A DNA stretch of 64,000 bases from a virus: IMG/VR virus record IMGVR_UViG_2930950021_000002; one strand, given 5' to 3'. The translations under genes and the position numbers were made by a program. This document shows positions 1 through 9,657 of the stretch, one piece after another (position 1 is the first letter of the stretch; each line of letters opens with the position of its first letter). The notes beneath the pieces were generated by a model. The model saw nothing but the letters and a program-made list of their open reading frames with translations. It did no database searches and was not told the origin of the DNA.

Positions 1-276
1 TCCCTGTATACAGATTTACTATTTAAAACTTACCTAAAATAGATTTTGTTGTCAATGATTTCCCAGATATTGGATATAACATTTGCAATAATCAGTCCTT
101 GACGATGCAACAATGTCGTTCATATCTGATGAGCGTAGGATGTAGGCTACGTTAAAGAACAGTAATCTTCTGGACGATTATTATCTCGTGTATCCATTTA
201 TTACCGCTAATGGATAATTTTTAGGAGCTATTAAGTGACCAAGTTAAGAGTGTTCTAAAAACGTTCTCAATTCATA

Positions 277-396
277 TATTTTCTCCTACTTTTTAACGAG
301 TTATAAAAAATAGGAACCTCGCTAAACGTTGATTTAACGGGATTCCTATTTTTTATTATACTTCTTACGCGGTTTAAAAAGGAGAGTACAGGATTT
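277..396. repeat. Left attachment site (attL-like), 120-bp direct repeat ending in a tRNA 3' fragment
   Basis: Identical to 43325-43444; upstream sequences diverge at 276/43324; the minus strand of 381-396 reads AAATCCTGTACTCTCC (T-arm 3' half plus acceptor strand). Confidence 0.85.
381..396 (-). other. 3' fragment of a tRNA (probably tRNA-Ser, CGA type) = integration core
   Basis: AAATCCTGTACTCTCC resembles the 3' end of Lactobacillus tRNA-Ser genes as I recall them; the 5' part of the tRNA is absent here. Confidence 0.65.
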
Positions 397-430
397 TTAC
401 ATGCCTATGTATCAACGATTACAACCCAAG

Positions 431-450
431 TGTGCAAAAAACGTGCAAAA
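431..450 (+). repeat. Integrase arm-type direct repeats GTGCAAAA x2
   Basis: tgtgcaaaaa acgtgcaaaa; same motif x3 at 43290-43318 on the other side of the attP core. Confidence 0.7.
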
Positions 451-633
451 CAAAAAAGGCCGCCACGTGGGCGACCTAAGGATGTTTTGCAATGGTTGTT
501 TTCAATTTATCACGAATAAGTAATACTGTCTATAAGAATCATACCCATCGGATTATGGATTTTTGCCACTATCTTTTTTATAGTCCGTCTAATATTTTGC
601 ACATAAAAACGGCTGAAATATTTATAACAGATA

Positions 634-662
634 TTGACAAAATATAACATATGTTATAAAAT
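634..662 (+). promoter_or_regulatory. sigma70-type promoter TTGACA-N17-TAAAAT overlapped by the perfect palindrome TATAACATATGTTATA (643-658)
   Basis: Read directly from the sequence. Confidence 0.8.
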
Positions 663-761
663 ATAAGTATAGTCAAGCGAGGGATTAGCTACCTAAGTGA
701 GACTTAGCAAGGTAGTGCGTGTGACCGCCCCTCAACCCTAGGACAAAGCGAGGTGGTGAAC

Positions 762-887
762 ATGCCTACACTTAGGAAAGGTATATCGGATATGGCAACC
801 GCAATGGCTGTCTACCTATTGTCCGTAGCCGCGATTAACTTCGCTAAGGCTTACCGGATAATAAAAGAGACTAACCACAAGGGTTAG
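762..887 (+). CDS. 41-aa small hydrophobic peptide (MPTLRKGISDMATAMAVYLLSVAAINFAKAYRIIKETNHKG), type I toxin-like
   Basis: GAGGTGG RBS, ATG 762, TAG 885-887; central hydrophobic helix with a basic C-terminus; not in the supplied ORF track. Confidence 0.6.
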   Translation: MPTLRKGISDMATAMAVYLLSVAAINFAKAYRIIKETNHKG

Positions 888-925
888 CCAAGACTGATTT
901 ACCGCACTAGGACTTGCGAACTTGT

Positions 926-957
926 GGTGGCCGCTGTAATCGGCTACCACTTTTTAA
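926..957 (+). terminator. Intrinsic terminator after the small peptide
   Basis: gtggtggccg-ctgtaat-cggctaccac followed by a T-run. Confidence 0.75.
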
Positions 958-996
958 TAGAGTCATTATACAACACATACCTACGGAGGTTCAAGC

Positions 997-1197
997 ATGA
1001 AGATCAAAGATGAAATTCAAGCCCTACTGAATACTGATATTTCAACATCAAAAATTGCGAAAGATAGTGGCGTGTCACAGCCCGCAATTACATACTTAAG
1101 GCATGGTCAACGTAGTATAGACAGACTATCTGTTGACACTGCTCAAAAACTGCTCGATTACTGGGAACAAGTTAAACGATCGACTTTACAAAAATAA
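997..1197 (+). CDS. XRE/Cro-like HTH protein (66 aa)
   Basis: SKIAKDSGVSQPAITYLRHG HTH signature; GGAGG RBS. Confidence 0.85.
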   Translation: MKIKDEIQALLNTDISTSKIAKDSGVSQPAITYLRHGQRSIDRLSVDTAQKLLDYWEQVKRSTLQK

Positions 1198-1202
1198 CAG
1201 CA

Positions 1203-1237
1203 AAAAAGCCACCCACCTCCTAAGAGATGAGTGGCTT
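1203..1237. terminator. Hairpin terminator between the convergent HTH and lysis genes
   Basis: aagccac...gtggctt stem with a flanking A-run. Confidence 0.65.
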
Positions 1238-1243
1238 AGTGTG

Positions 1244-1489
1244 CTACTTTTTCTGACTGAATCCCCAGTAATCTTCCAACTTTTGCAACCGTTGACCAAT
1301 ACGAGTGACCTTTGCTTCTAAACGCTCTCGTTCCCCTGTCTCAGACTCACGAAATTTTTGCAGTTCTTTACGGAGTTCACCAATCGGGCCTTTAACGTAC
1401 CGATTCAATAGCCAACCAATTCCTCCAAACAATGCCGTTAATATCGCCATAATGCTAGCCCAGTCTTCCCATGTAATGGGTGGTCTCAT
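1244..1489 (-). CDS. Small single-TM plus coiled-coil protein downstream of the endolysin
   Basis: WASIMAILTALFGGIGWLL TM then heptad-rich tail; coupled to the lysin stop. Confidence 0.75.
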   Translation of the reverse strand: MRPPITWEDWASIMAILTALFGGIGWLLNRYVKGPIGELRKELQKFRESETGERERLEAKVTRIGQRLQKLEDYWGFSQKK

Positions 1490-2307
1490 TACTTACCACC
1501 CGACTTTCTAATCAGCTTCACGTAGTCCTTGTTAGCCGAGATGTAACCAACGTCAGTCTTAATCCGGTACACCTTACCGTACTTGACGGCCTTACCGTAA
1601 ATGGTGCTTCCCTTGGAGAAGTGAATACGGCGCTTATTAGCCTTGTCTAGGGCTGGCTTACCATACACGTTAACCTCACTGGTAATCACTTCGTACAGGC
1701 CGTTATCAGCCCAGTATGAGGCTTTCTTATGGGTTACCTTGGTAACCTTACCAGACAGCTTCCCATCGAAGTCACAACTGCAGTCTACTCCGTGCCAGTT
1801 ATCAGTGTATTGCCAAGCGTTGGCATCATTAACTCCCGGTTGACTGACACCATAAGCGGCCACCCAGATTGCTTTATCTACCAGTTGGGAACGATTAATT
1901 CGGCCAGCATTGAACCAGCTACCTGAACCGTACGTAATCACATTCTTGTACCCATGACTAATCAGGTACCGAAGGAACACATTAACTTGGCTGGTCGTGG
2001 AATAGGGTAAATCTGAAGCTTCCACATCGATGGCTAATACTGTGGACTTATCTAGTCCCATCTTCTTCACCCATGATAGGAAGTATTGAGCTTCAGCCGT
2101 TCCCCGACCATGGAAGAAATGGTAAACCCCAACGGTATCAAATACTTTGAATCCATTGGCAATCTGGTTACCAGCCTTGGGACTGAGATAACCAGTGCCT
2201 TCAGTCAACTTGACCATAATCCCATCAGCGCCCCAACCTTTGAGTTGCTTCATGTAAGCCAAGGAATCGGATTGGTATGATGACAGGTCAACAATCTTTT
2301 TAGTCAT
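1489..2307 (-). CDS. Endolysin, GH25 muramidase with C-terminal cell-wall binding domain (start MTKKIVDLSSYQ)
   Basis: VDLSSYQ, KLTEGTGY, GVYHFF, AIDVE, AWQYTD GH25 motifs. Confidence 0.93.
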   Translation of the reverse strand: MTKKIVDLSSYQSDSLAYMKQLKGWGADGIMVKLTEGTGYLSPKAGNQIANGFKVFDTVGVYHFFHGRGTAEAQYFLSWVKKMGLDKSTVLAIDVEASDLPYSTTSQVNVFLRYLISHGYKNVITYGSGSWFNAGRINRSQLVDKAIWVAAYGVSQPGVNDANAWQYTDNWHGVDCSCDFDGKLSGKVTKVTHKKASYWADNGLYEVITSEVNVYGKPALDKANKRRIHFSKGSTIYGKAVKYGKVYRIKTDVGYISANKDYVKLIRKSGGK

Positions 2308-2728
2308 TGCTGTCAGTCCCTTCTGATGGGGTAATGACCTCCGTTGGTGCTGGTACAGAGATTGGGGCATGATTATCCCCACCGGCTACCTTGTAAGCTT
2401 GATAAGCCTTCTCAACCAGTCCTGAGATAGTTTGAACATCTAAATCAAAGCCATTGGCTGTTAATTGAGCGTTGACGAAGCGGATTGCTTCCTGCTTCCG
2501 GTCAGATAATGATAAGCCAGCCATAACCGCCATTTCCGGAACAATCGTATTCGCCAAGTTTAATCCCAATTCTAAACCTTGCTTGACATGGATATTCTTT
2601 TCAGTCTGTACCTTGTGAGTTAAGAGTGGTTTTATAAACTTGTACACGGCGGGAATTAACACCATTAAGAAGGCGAATACCCCCGCATTATTAAGCCAAT
2701 TGAACACATCTGTAATTTCTTTGAACAT
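2300..2728 (-). CDS. Holin (LL-H-like family)
   Basis: N-terminal TM; directly upstream of and overlapping the lysin. Confidence 0.8.
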   Translation of the reverse strand: MFKEITDVFNWLNNAGVFAFLMVLIPAVYKFIKPLLTHKVQTEKNIHVKQGLELGLNLANTIVPEMAVMAGLSLSDRKQEAIRFVNAQLTANGFDLDVQTISGLVEKAYQAYKVAGGDNHAPISVPAPTEVITPSEGTDSND

Positions 2729-2785
2729 TTTTTATCCTCCAATTTTGGGTAAATTAAAAGCACTGACTAACTGGCTGAGTAGAAG

Positions 2786-2989
2786 CTAGTTAGTGGTGCT
2801 TATTGTCGTTGCTTGAGATGTCGTTGCTTGAGATGTCGTTGCTTGAGTTGTTGGTGCTACATAATCATCTCCGGTAATTGCCTTGTAATCGTCAGCGGTA
2901 ATCCCATCTGGTAATCCCACAACTGTTGCTAACGTTGCTTTATCAATCGTCTTCCAATCTTGATATGCCCACGTATAAATTTGAACCAT
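2786..2989 (-). CDS. XkdX-like small protein with ATTSQ repeats
   Basis: GITADDYKAITGDDY motif; position after the tail fibre. Confidence 0.7.
   Translation of the reverse strand: MVQIYTWAYQDWKTIDKATLATVVGLPDGITADDYKAITGDDYVAPTTQATTSQATTSQATTISTTN
2804..2847. repeat. 15-bp tandem repeat x3 (tgtcgttgcttgaga) encoding ATTSQ
   Basis: Seen directly. Confidence 0.9.
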
Positions 2990-2990
2990 A

Positions 2991-3350
2991 TTATTTCGTC
3001 TCCTTTGCTGATTGACTGAGTGCTAATGCTGTGATTGACTTCTTCAATTGGTCGATACTAGTTGCGGATACCGTTTGCTGTTGGGCTAAAGCCGTTGCCG
3101 ACTGTACAGCTTCCTGACTAGTCTTCAACACATCGGAATACTTGTTATTCAACTCATCGAGGGATAAGTTTGGCAAGTTACCCGGATTGAGTACCACCTT
3201 TTTATCCGTATCGTACCGGAATTTGTCAGAATGCTGGGAAAACTGAGTAATCCATGAATCTAAGATGAACACCTTCGTGTACCCGTCTGCTTCGGTACTT
3301 TGGTAAGCAGTAATGAAACCGTCTTTGTCATAAGTGATATAAATAAACAT
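2991..3350 (-). CDS. Tail-fibre-associated hypothetical protein
   Basis: Position; C-terminal coiled coil. Confidence 0.7.
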   Translation of the reverse strand: MFIYITYDKDGFITAYQSTEADGYTKVFILDSWITQFSQHSDKFRYDTDKKVVLNPGNLPNLSLDELNNKYSDVLKTSQEAVQSATALAQQQTVSATSIDQLKKSITALALSQSAKETK

Positions 3351-3363
3351 GTAATCGTCCTTT

Positions 3364-5808
3364 CTAAACTAATTTGTCATAAGTGACATTGGCAAGGCTC
3401 GAAGTTGCTGCAATATTTACGACCCCTGATACAGGAATAAACGTTAAATTCGTTGAACTTTGACTAGCATAAGCAATACTCAAGTTGTAATTGCTATCAT
3501 ATTTAAAATATGACACGGATAAAGTTAATATTGAGTTAATAATGCTGCCAAGTTGAACGGTAACTGCAACGCCCTGAATATAATCAGGCAACACTATGGA
3601 CCCAGATAAATATAGCGTGTGATTGCTATCATCTATCTTATACAAAATGCTAGAATTTGGGGATACAGTATGTCCACTAGCAGGAATAATATACTTATTA
3701 TCTAGCTGATACCAAGCTTGGTCTTCAACGCTTTTCAAATCAGCCGCGGTAGCGACATTGACACCTCCTGATTGTAATCCCGCAGTAAAGTTTGTAGGCT
3801 TGCTGGAGTCAACCATGTTAGCCGTAGCGGTGCTGATAGCGGTTGTAACATCGTTGGTATTAGCTAAGGATACCCAAGAAGTGAAGCCAAAACTCCCAGT
3901 ATTATAATTCCAAGAGCGCATTCCTAATACAGCATTACTTGTTTTATATGCTACCTGAACACCGTTTACACTATTAATAGGAATTACTTGATAAATAGTC
4001 CAGTTATCCGCCCCAGGAAATCCATTAGTGCCATTCATAACTTGATAATATCCGCCAGTCAATAAAGTATTCATATCTGTCCCAGTAACTTGCTTAGTGG
4101 AATTATGCAGTACAGTTGAATCGTCAGCAGGTGTGTAACCAATTTTATCTTGCTTGGCATTAACTTCTTCAATTCCTGCAACATCACTGGCTGGTTTACG
4201 CATATCAGCTACATTTACTTTATCCTCTGGAGCGGGTGTCCAATCATTTAAAACTGATGTTTTTTCCAAGCTGGCTTGAATTGGAGCTCCATATGTTCTA
4301 AAAGATATTCTGACATAGGCCGTATTTGCTGGGAAAGCTGTGGTAATAACATTAGGAATAGAAACATTAAGGGACCCAAAAGGAAGTATCCTTATGACTG
4401 ACGTTATAGTTCCTGTCACTGTTGCAAGTCCATTTGTATAGCGTGAGATAAATTGCTCATTAGCGTCATAAAATCCGATTCCCTGCCATGCCTGATTAGC
4501 ATTTACCTGCTGGACTATTTGGCAGTAATAGCTTTGTGTTGTATCTACCGGAATAAAATTTGAGACGACTTCTTTATTTGTTGTATTAGAAGATGCTATC
4601 GTTCCATCGGCAGCATTTATATAACCAGAGTTGTAATTTGAAATGGGAAGAAGGTTTCGTCCACCAACACTATCAGTTAATTTATTGTATGGACTGGCTT
4701 GTGTTCCATCAACCTCAATCGTCCCATTGCCATTGTCATGAACTACTTTACTATCATCAGCTGGCGTGTAGCCAATTTTATCTTGTTTAGCACTTAATCC
4801 ATTGTTCAAATCAGTAACAGTTACATAATTACTTAAATCAGGACTTACACTACCACAATTTTTCCAAGCTCCAGAATCCCAAACATATAAATCTGTTCCA
4901 ACAAAATAACAATAGCCTTCTTGATTTCCAGTCGTTGGAAGTTGTGAAGCATCATTGACTGTACCTTTAACAACCAATCCAGCACCAACAGGGCCTTGTG
5001 GACCGACTGGACCAGTAGCGCCAGTGTCACCTTTAGGCCCTTGCGGACCGGTTGAACCAGTATCACCTTTAGGTCCTTGAATACCTTGAGGACCTTGAAT
5101 TGGACCACAATCTTTCCAAGCCCCATTTGTCCAGACATACAATTCTTCATTAACTAAATATCCATCGCCTTCGGTTGCAGTGGCTGGTAATGTGGAAACT
5201 GAAGCAACTTGTCCTTTGATGTCAAGTCCTGCACCAGTATCACCTTTTGGTCCTTGTAAGGTTGAAACTTGATTAGTTAAGTCAGTCTTAAGCTGGTCGA
5301 ACTCCTGTTGGAAATCGTCCAAACTCATAACCGGGATAACGTCACCAGAGTCACTCATCACATTTTCAGTAATGGTGAATCCTTGTGGGTCATCACTTGG
5401 GAAGATGGCGTTGTACGTAGTGGTATTAGTTGTTGTTGTTGTTGTTGAGGTGGTATTAGTGGTTGAACCAGTATCTGTTAATCCCTCTTGGCTACCAGGT
5501 GTTACTAGGCTGGATAAGGTCACCCAAACTTCAATTGTATAATCATCTGGTACCAGGGCATTCATAACTTCGGCGTCAACTGGCATGGTAATCAATCCGG
5601 CTAATGGTTGCTTAATCGTAGCCATATCAATCGACTTAGTGAATACATAACCGGTATCGTTGGCAACCTTTACATCAATTGCCGTGGCATTAGTTAAGTC
5701 GAATGCTGAACCATCTTGGGTAATCGCCAGATTGAAACTGGCTGTGGTATCAAGATATTTAACCTCATTGTTACCATCGGTAAAGTAAAGTTCTTTACTC
5801 ACTTGCAC
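3364..5808 (-). CDS. Tail fibre / upper baseplate protein: BppU-like N-terminus, collagen-like GXY repeats, variable C-terminal modules
   Basis: [13 protein letters not shown] repeats; poly-Thr linker; repeated [14 protein letters not shown]. Confidence 0.88.
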   Translation of the reverse strand: MQVSKELYFTDGNNEVKYLDTTASFNLAITQDGSAFDLTNATAIDVKVANDTGYVFTKSIDMATIKQPLAGLITMPVDAEVMNALVPDDYTIEVWVTLSSLVTPGSQEGLTDTGSTTNTTSTTTTTTNTTTYNAIFPSDDPQGFTITENVMSDSGDVIPVMSLDDFQQEFDQLKTDLTNQVSTLQGPKGDTGAGLDIKGQVASVSTLPATATEGDGYLVNEELYVWTNGAWKDCGPIQGPQGIQGPKGDTGSTGPQGPKGDTGATGPVGPQGPVGAGLVVKGTVNDASQLPTTGNQEGYCYFVGTDLYVWDSGAWKNCGSVSPDLSNYVTVTDLNNGLSAKQDKIGYTPADDSKVVHDNGNGTIEVDGTQASPYNKLTDSVGGRNLLPISNYNSGYINAADGTIASSNTTNKEVVSNFIPVDTTQSYYCQIVQQVNANQAWQGIGFYDANEQFISRYTNGLATVTGTITSVIRILPFGSLNVSIPNVITTAFPANTAYVRISFRTYGAPIQASLEKTSVLNDWTPAPEDKVNVADMRKPASDVAGIEEVNAKQDKIGYTPADDSTVLHNSTKQVTGTDMNTLLTGGYYQVMNGTNGFPGADNWTIYQVIPINSVNGVQVAYKTSNAVLGMRSWNYNTGSFGFTSWVSLANTNDVTTAISTATANMVDSSKPTNFTAGLQSGGVNVATAADLKSVEDQAWYQLDNKYIIPASGHTVSPNSSILYKIDDSNHTLYLSGSIVLPDYIQGVAVTVQLGSIINSILTLSVSYFKYDSNYNLSIAYASQSSTNLTFIPVSGVVNIAATSSLANVTYDKLV

Positions 5809-6034
5809 CGCCTCCTAGGGCATTTGTAGCTTCAGTTTTTAACCTAGTTAGTACCAATTTCTTGAACCCAGCCCACATATCTTCCTTGGTTGACCCAGAG
5901 AAGGCTGTAGAAGCTTCATCAGCCGTGGCATCGAAGTTACCGTAAGCTTGGTGATTGGTACCACTAAAAACGACCGTGTAGGCAACGTGAGTGGTGTTAT
6001 CTGAGTTCTGCTTGACATCTAAACTTGTAATCAT
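5795..6034 (-). CDS. Small tail-region hypothetical protein
   Basis: Coupled ORF in the tail operon. Confidence 0.7.
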   Translation of the reverse strand: MITSLDVKQNSDNTTHVAYTVVFSGTNHQAYGNFDATADEASTAFSGSTKEDMWAGFKKLVLTRLKTEATNALGGGASE

Positions 6035-7050
6035 TTACTTTCCGTCCTTTCTAATTGTGTGATTCGGTAGCTAAGTTCATCTATCCGCTGGTTGGACTTC
6101 TTTAAGGCCGCCAATAAGATGGAAATGGTATTGGATTCATTTAAGAAGTAATTCCCATTTTCATCCGTGCTAATCATATCGTTGGCAATACTTGCAGACT
6201 TTTTACCAACCTCATTAACGTCATCAATAATCGGGCCGATATGTTGGGAATTAGCTGAGTTGTCGGAATCCTTGTACTTCCATTTTTTAACATCCGTGTT
6301 CATAACAGCAGACAAGGCTTCATCTGGAGAATACTCAGTCACATCTCGTTTAGCAGATAAGGCAGACTTCAACGCGGTTCCATTGGAATAAACAAGACCA
6401 GCACGAATATCTGCTACATTGCTCTCACCACCGCCTCCGCCATTTTTTTGAAACCAGAATTGCCCTGAATCATCACAGGCTATGGTGTGTCCGCTAATAG
6501 ATAATCCATTGCTATTAATGCCCTTAGCAGAGTCTAGGGTGACAGTCCCGGTGTTGCCTTTGGCTAGAGAAATCATGCCACCGTAAATATCTGTTGTATC
6601 CCCATCAATCAGGTTACTAGCTTCAAATCCTGAATTATTCATCGTGAACTTATCTATCCCTGAATCAATACTAATTGAGCCACCACTAATTTGAGCACCC
6701 TTGATACTGGCTGACTCAATCGTCCCGGCGGTAACGTGCCCTAAATCAGCTGTTAGGGCCGACAACTTTTTAACACTTAGTGCCTGCTGGTCCCACTTTT
6801 TAACCTTCCATTGGCCGTCAGTGTAGATATACATAGCTGAGGCAACATCATCGTTAATAACCGTCCACATATCACCTTCGTTATGTTCCTTGCCGTCATC
6901 GAAGGGTGTGCTGGTTGACACTGTCGTTTTCCCATCCATGGTGGCTACCGTATTCTTCATCTTATCGGCTAAATCATCAGCGCTATTTGAAGCAATTTGA
7001 GCTAACTTGGTGGCTTCGTTAATGTCAACTGAACCCGTTGCAATAATCAT
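6031..7050 (-). CDS. Tail protein with C-terminal intramolecular-chaperone (peptidase S74)-like domain
   Basis: SALSAKRDVT...KWKYK...HIGPII...C-terminal coiled coil. Confidence 0.75.
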   Translation of the reverse strand: MIIATGSVDINEATKLAQIASNSADDLADKMKNTVATMDGKTTVSTSTPFDDGKEHNEGDMWTVINDDVASAMYIYTDGQWKVKKWDQQALSVKKLSALTADLGHVTAGTIESASIKGAQISGGSISIDSGIDKFTMNNSGFEASNLIDGDTTDIYGGMISLAKGNTGTVTLDSAKGINSNGLSISGHTIACDDSGQFWFQKNGGGGGESNVADIRAGLVYSNGTALKSALSAKRDVTEYSPDEALSAVMNTDVKKWKYKDSDNSANSQHIGPIIDDVNEVGKKSASIANDMISTDENGNYFLNESNTISILLAALKKSNQRIDELSYRITQLERTESK

Positions 7051-9641
7051 CCTTCGACCACCTCCTGATAAGTCTCACCGTCATCAATATTGAAAGCAGA
7101 ATCATCATCACTGGCACTATCTGAATCGTCAGAGTTGTCAGGGATTACCACAGGTTCTTCTACCTCGGAGTTTTCCCCTTCATCTTCTGCTGGGTAAGTG
7201 ACGGCTAAGTCCTTACTATCATCACGGATACCGATTGGAATTGACCATAATCCCGAGTGACTAATCATGACATTATGAGCCGCATCTCGGTACTCGCTGA
7301 CATTTAATCCAATTATTATCTGGTTATGAGCCAAGTCCGGGTATACCCCTTCTGGTTCAAAGTGACCACCGTACTCAATCGGTACAGACAATTGAATATC
7401 TTGTGAAGGTTCAAGCTGGTGATTAAAAATGACTGACTGGGTAATGAGATTAATGCACAGTACTAGTCGGTAATCTTTGTTGTTGACGTCCCCAGCGGTA
7501 AAGAATGCATATGGATAGGCAATTGAATTGGCTTGAACGGTATTATACGTGCCATCGTTGGCTACCCCACTCGGTACCGGATTCCAACCGAAGTCTTGCA
7601 ACTTGAAGCGAATAATTGGGAAATAATTACCGGCTTTTAAGTCGGAGATATTACATACTTCTACGGTGCCGTCCATCTGACTACCAATCCATAGACCATT
7701 GGTAAGGTCAACGTTAGGTCTCACGTACGTTTCCATTTCACACCATTTTGTTACCCCACTGGAACCACTATTGATTACAGCATGAGGAGTATATGGGAAG
7801 GTCGCCAGCCAATTCTTGCCACCACTCAAATCCTTAATCTGGGAGTAGATAAGGTTGTTGGCTTCATCATAGCCAAAGGAAGAGCCATGTTGACCTCCTT
7901 GAACGATCATGGAATCAATTAGCTTGCCATCAGCACTCCAATGTAGGTATTGGCAATCGCTTAGATTGGACTGATTTTGCTTTCCCTTGTACGCATAGCT
8001 GGCAAGTACCTCACCATTACTCATTTTGTAAGAGAATTGCAATGCTCCAACATGGTTATTACCGAACTCATCAGGGTTACCATCAGTGGTCTCCCACAGC
8101 TTCTTGAAGGTACCATCAGCATTAGTACCAGTATCTATCCACATCTCAGATTTACCTTTGTAAAATGAGTCATCTACCGATACGACTAAGCTACCGACAA
8201 ATGGTGGGGTAATGGTGACCTCATACCCGTCCTTAGCATGGTCTGCTTCCCAAGTCAGATTATGAGTCCCATCTTGTTGAATGTACTCCCAATTGAAAGC
8301 CGCAGCTGATAAGACTGACGTAACATTCTCACCTTCAATGAACAATCGGGCAATGACTCGCTTACTAGTGTCAGTATTCGTCCAGGACTGCCCTAAGGGA
8401 GTGATTAAGCTGATACTAGCAGCCTTTTGGTTCTTTTTGGCGTCTTCAAAAAGCTTAGCTACATGGTCATTCCATTTCTGTTCCATGTTTTTGATGAAAT
8501 TGGGAGTAACAACTGTAACCGTTGAAAATTCCCCGATGACTACCTTATTCTGAGTTGGATCACTCTCGGAAGTTGTCCGTTGAATAACTCTGGCTTGCAA
8601 GGTTAACACTGGGGACATTGTCAGGTCGATTACCTTAATGGTATCGCCTAGTTGAGCATCAAAATCTGACGTTACATCTACTGCGTAGTTAACTCTCGGG
8701 TGGTTATACAGCCTGAGTGTCTTCAATCCCAGCGATAGTAAGGCATCGGGTTCACTGACCGTAGAACTGGTAATACTTCCTTCTAACCAAGTGTTGGCAT
8801 CATTGTTGTACCGGCTATTAGCAGAGGCATCAGTGACAAAGTTACGACCACCATTACCTTTGGCTGCACTGATTGAGGCTCCACCGGAACCATAGACGTA
8901 CAGTTTGGTAATCAAGGTAGTATCAACCGTTTCCCGCTTAATACTAAGCATATTGTCGCCGTAAGTTATTCTTCGGCCGGTATTCTGTCCCCGTTGGTCG
9001 GATAATTCCAGAATGGTATCAACAACAATCCCAGAACTATCTAGCTTAACGTACCCATCGGCTTCACAATCGTAGGTCGTCAGAATTGTTTGCAACAGCG
9101 TTTGGGAGGAACTCTCTCCATCAATGGAAAAATCTGAAAGTAATCCAGAGGTTGCATTATCCACCAGTGTTATTCCTGTACCAGCAATAATCCAGTTCAT
9201 AGCGGCTGGTAAAGCACACTCTTTAATTTCTTTTTTGGTGGGAATTGTCTTCCCTAATCGCCATATTAAGAGGTTAATGGCATCGGCTGAGACAAGGTTA
9301 GTACCAGAGGTTGTATCCATGGTTTCATCAACGGTATATATCCGGTACACTCGCCAGCGGTCATTCGCTTGGTCATAAGCCGCTAAGTGATTGCCTACTT
9401 TAAGATATTGAGCCGCTGGACTGTCTGCTACCATGGTGAGACCGGTAAAGGTATCATTCCATGACTTGCTATTAGCGTTGGGGTCGGAAGTATTAGCGAG
9501 ACTTGCTTCGGTAATGCTATCGTTTGAAGAATTATCATCGGCAAGTTGTTGCTGAATGGTCTCACCCCAGAAAATATTTGTATCAGTTGACGTATCTAGG
9601 GTGGCGACTCGTTTAAGGTTCTTATCCAAAATGACGTACAC
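7047..9641 (-). CDS. Tail-associated (Tal/prophage endopeptidase-type) protein with a TagC/P68-RBP-like C-terminal propeller region and acidic tail
   Basis: Follows Dit; TKLYVYG, LGDTIKVID motifs; GGQHGSSFG. Confidence 0.82.
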   Translation of the reverse strand: MYVILDKNLKRVATLDTSTDTNIFWGETIQQQLADDNSSNDSITEASLANTSDPNANSKSWNDTFTGLTMVADSPAAQYLKVGNHLAAYDQANDRWRVYRIYTVDETMDTTSGTNLVSADAINLLIWRLGKTIPTKKEIKECALPAAMNWIIAGTGITLVDNATSGLLSDFSIDGESSSQTLLQTILTTYDCEADGYVKLDSSGIVVDTILELSDQRGQNTGRRITYGDNMLSIKRETVDTTLITKLYVYGSGGASISAAKGNGGRNFVTDASANSRYNNDANTWLEGSITSSTVSEPDALLSLGLKTLRLYNHPRVNYAVDVTSDFDAQLGDTIKVIDLTMSPVLTLQARVIQRTTSESDPTQNKVVIGEFSTVTVVTPNFIKNMEQKWNDHVAKLFEDAKKNQKAASISLITPLGQSWTNTDTSKRVIARLFIEGENVTSVLSAAAFNWEYIQQDGTHNLTWEADHAKDGYEVTITPPFVGSLVVSVDDSFYKGKSEMWIDTGTNADGTFKKLWETTDGNPDEFGNNHVGALQFSYKMSNGEVLASYAYKGKQNQSNLSDCQYLHWSADGKLIDSMIVQGGQHGSSFGYDEANNLIYSQIKDLSGGKNWLATFPYTPHAVINSGSSGVTKWCEMETYVRPNVDLTNGLWIGSQMDGTVEVCNISDLKAGNYFPIIRFKLQDFGWNPVPSGVANDGTYNTVQANSIAYPYAFFTAGDVNNKDYRLVLCINLITQSVIFNHQLEPSQDIQLSVPIEYGGHFEPEGVYPDLAHNQIIIGLNVSEYRDAAHNVMISHSGLWSIPIGIRDDSKDLAVTYPAEDEGENSEVEEPVVIPDNSDDSDSASDDDSAFNIDDGETYQEVVEG

Positions 9642-9657
9642 ACGTCTTAACTCCTTT

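Noticed and set aside
1-250. Host gene in the left flank
   Set aside because: No ORF or RNA gene supportable in 250 bp
2308-2382. N-terminal extension of the lysin (MGIIMPQ...)
   Set aside because: Overlaps the holin frame; the GH25 domain starts at MTKKIVD (2307)
2804-2847. CRISPR-like or regulatory repeat
   Set aside because: In-frame coding repeat (ATTSQ) without spacers
3364-5808. Diversity-generating retroelement or invertible tail-fibre cassette
   Set aside because: No reverse transcriptase, invertase, template repeat or inverted repeats found in the phage unit
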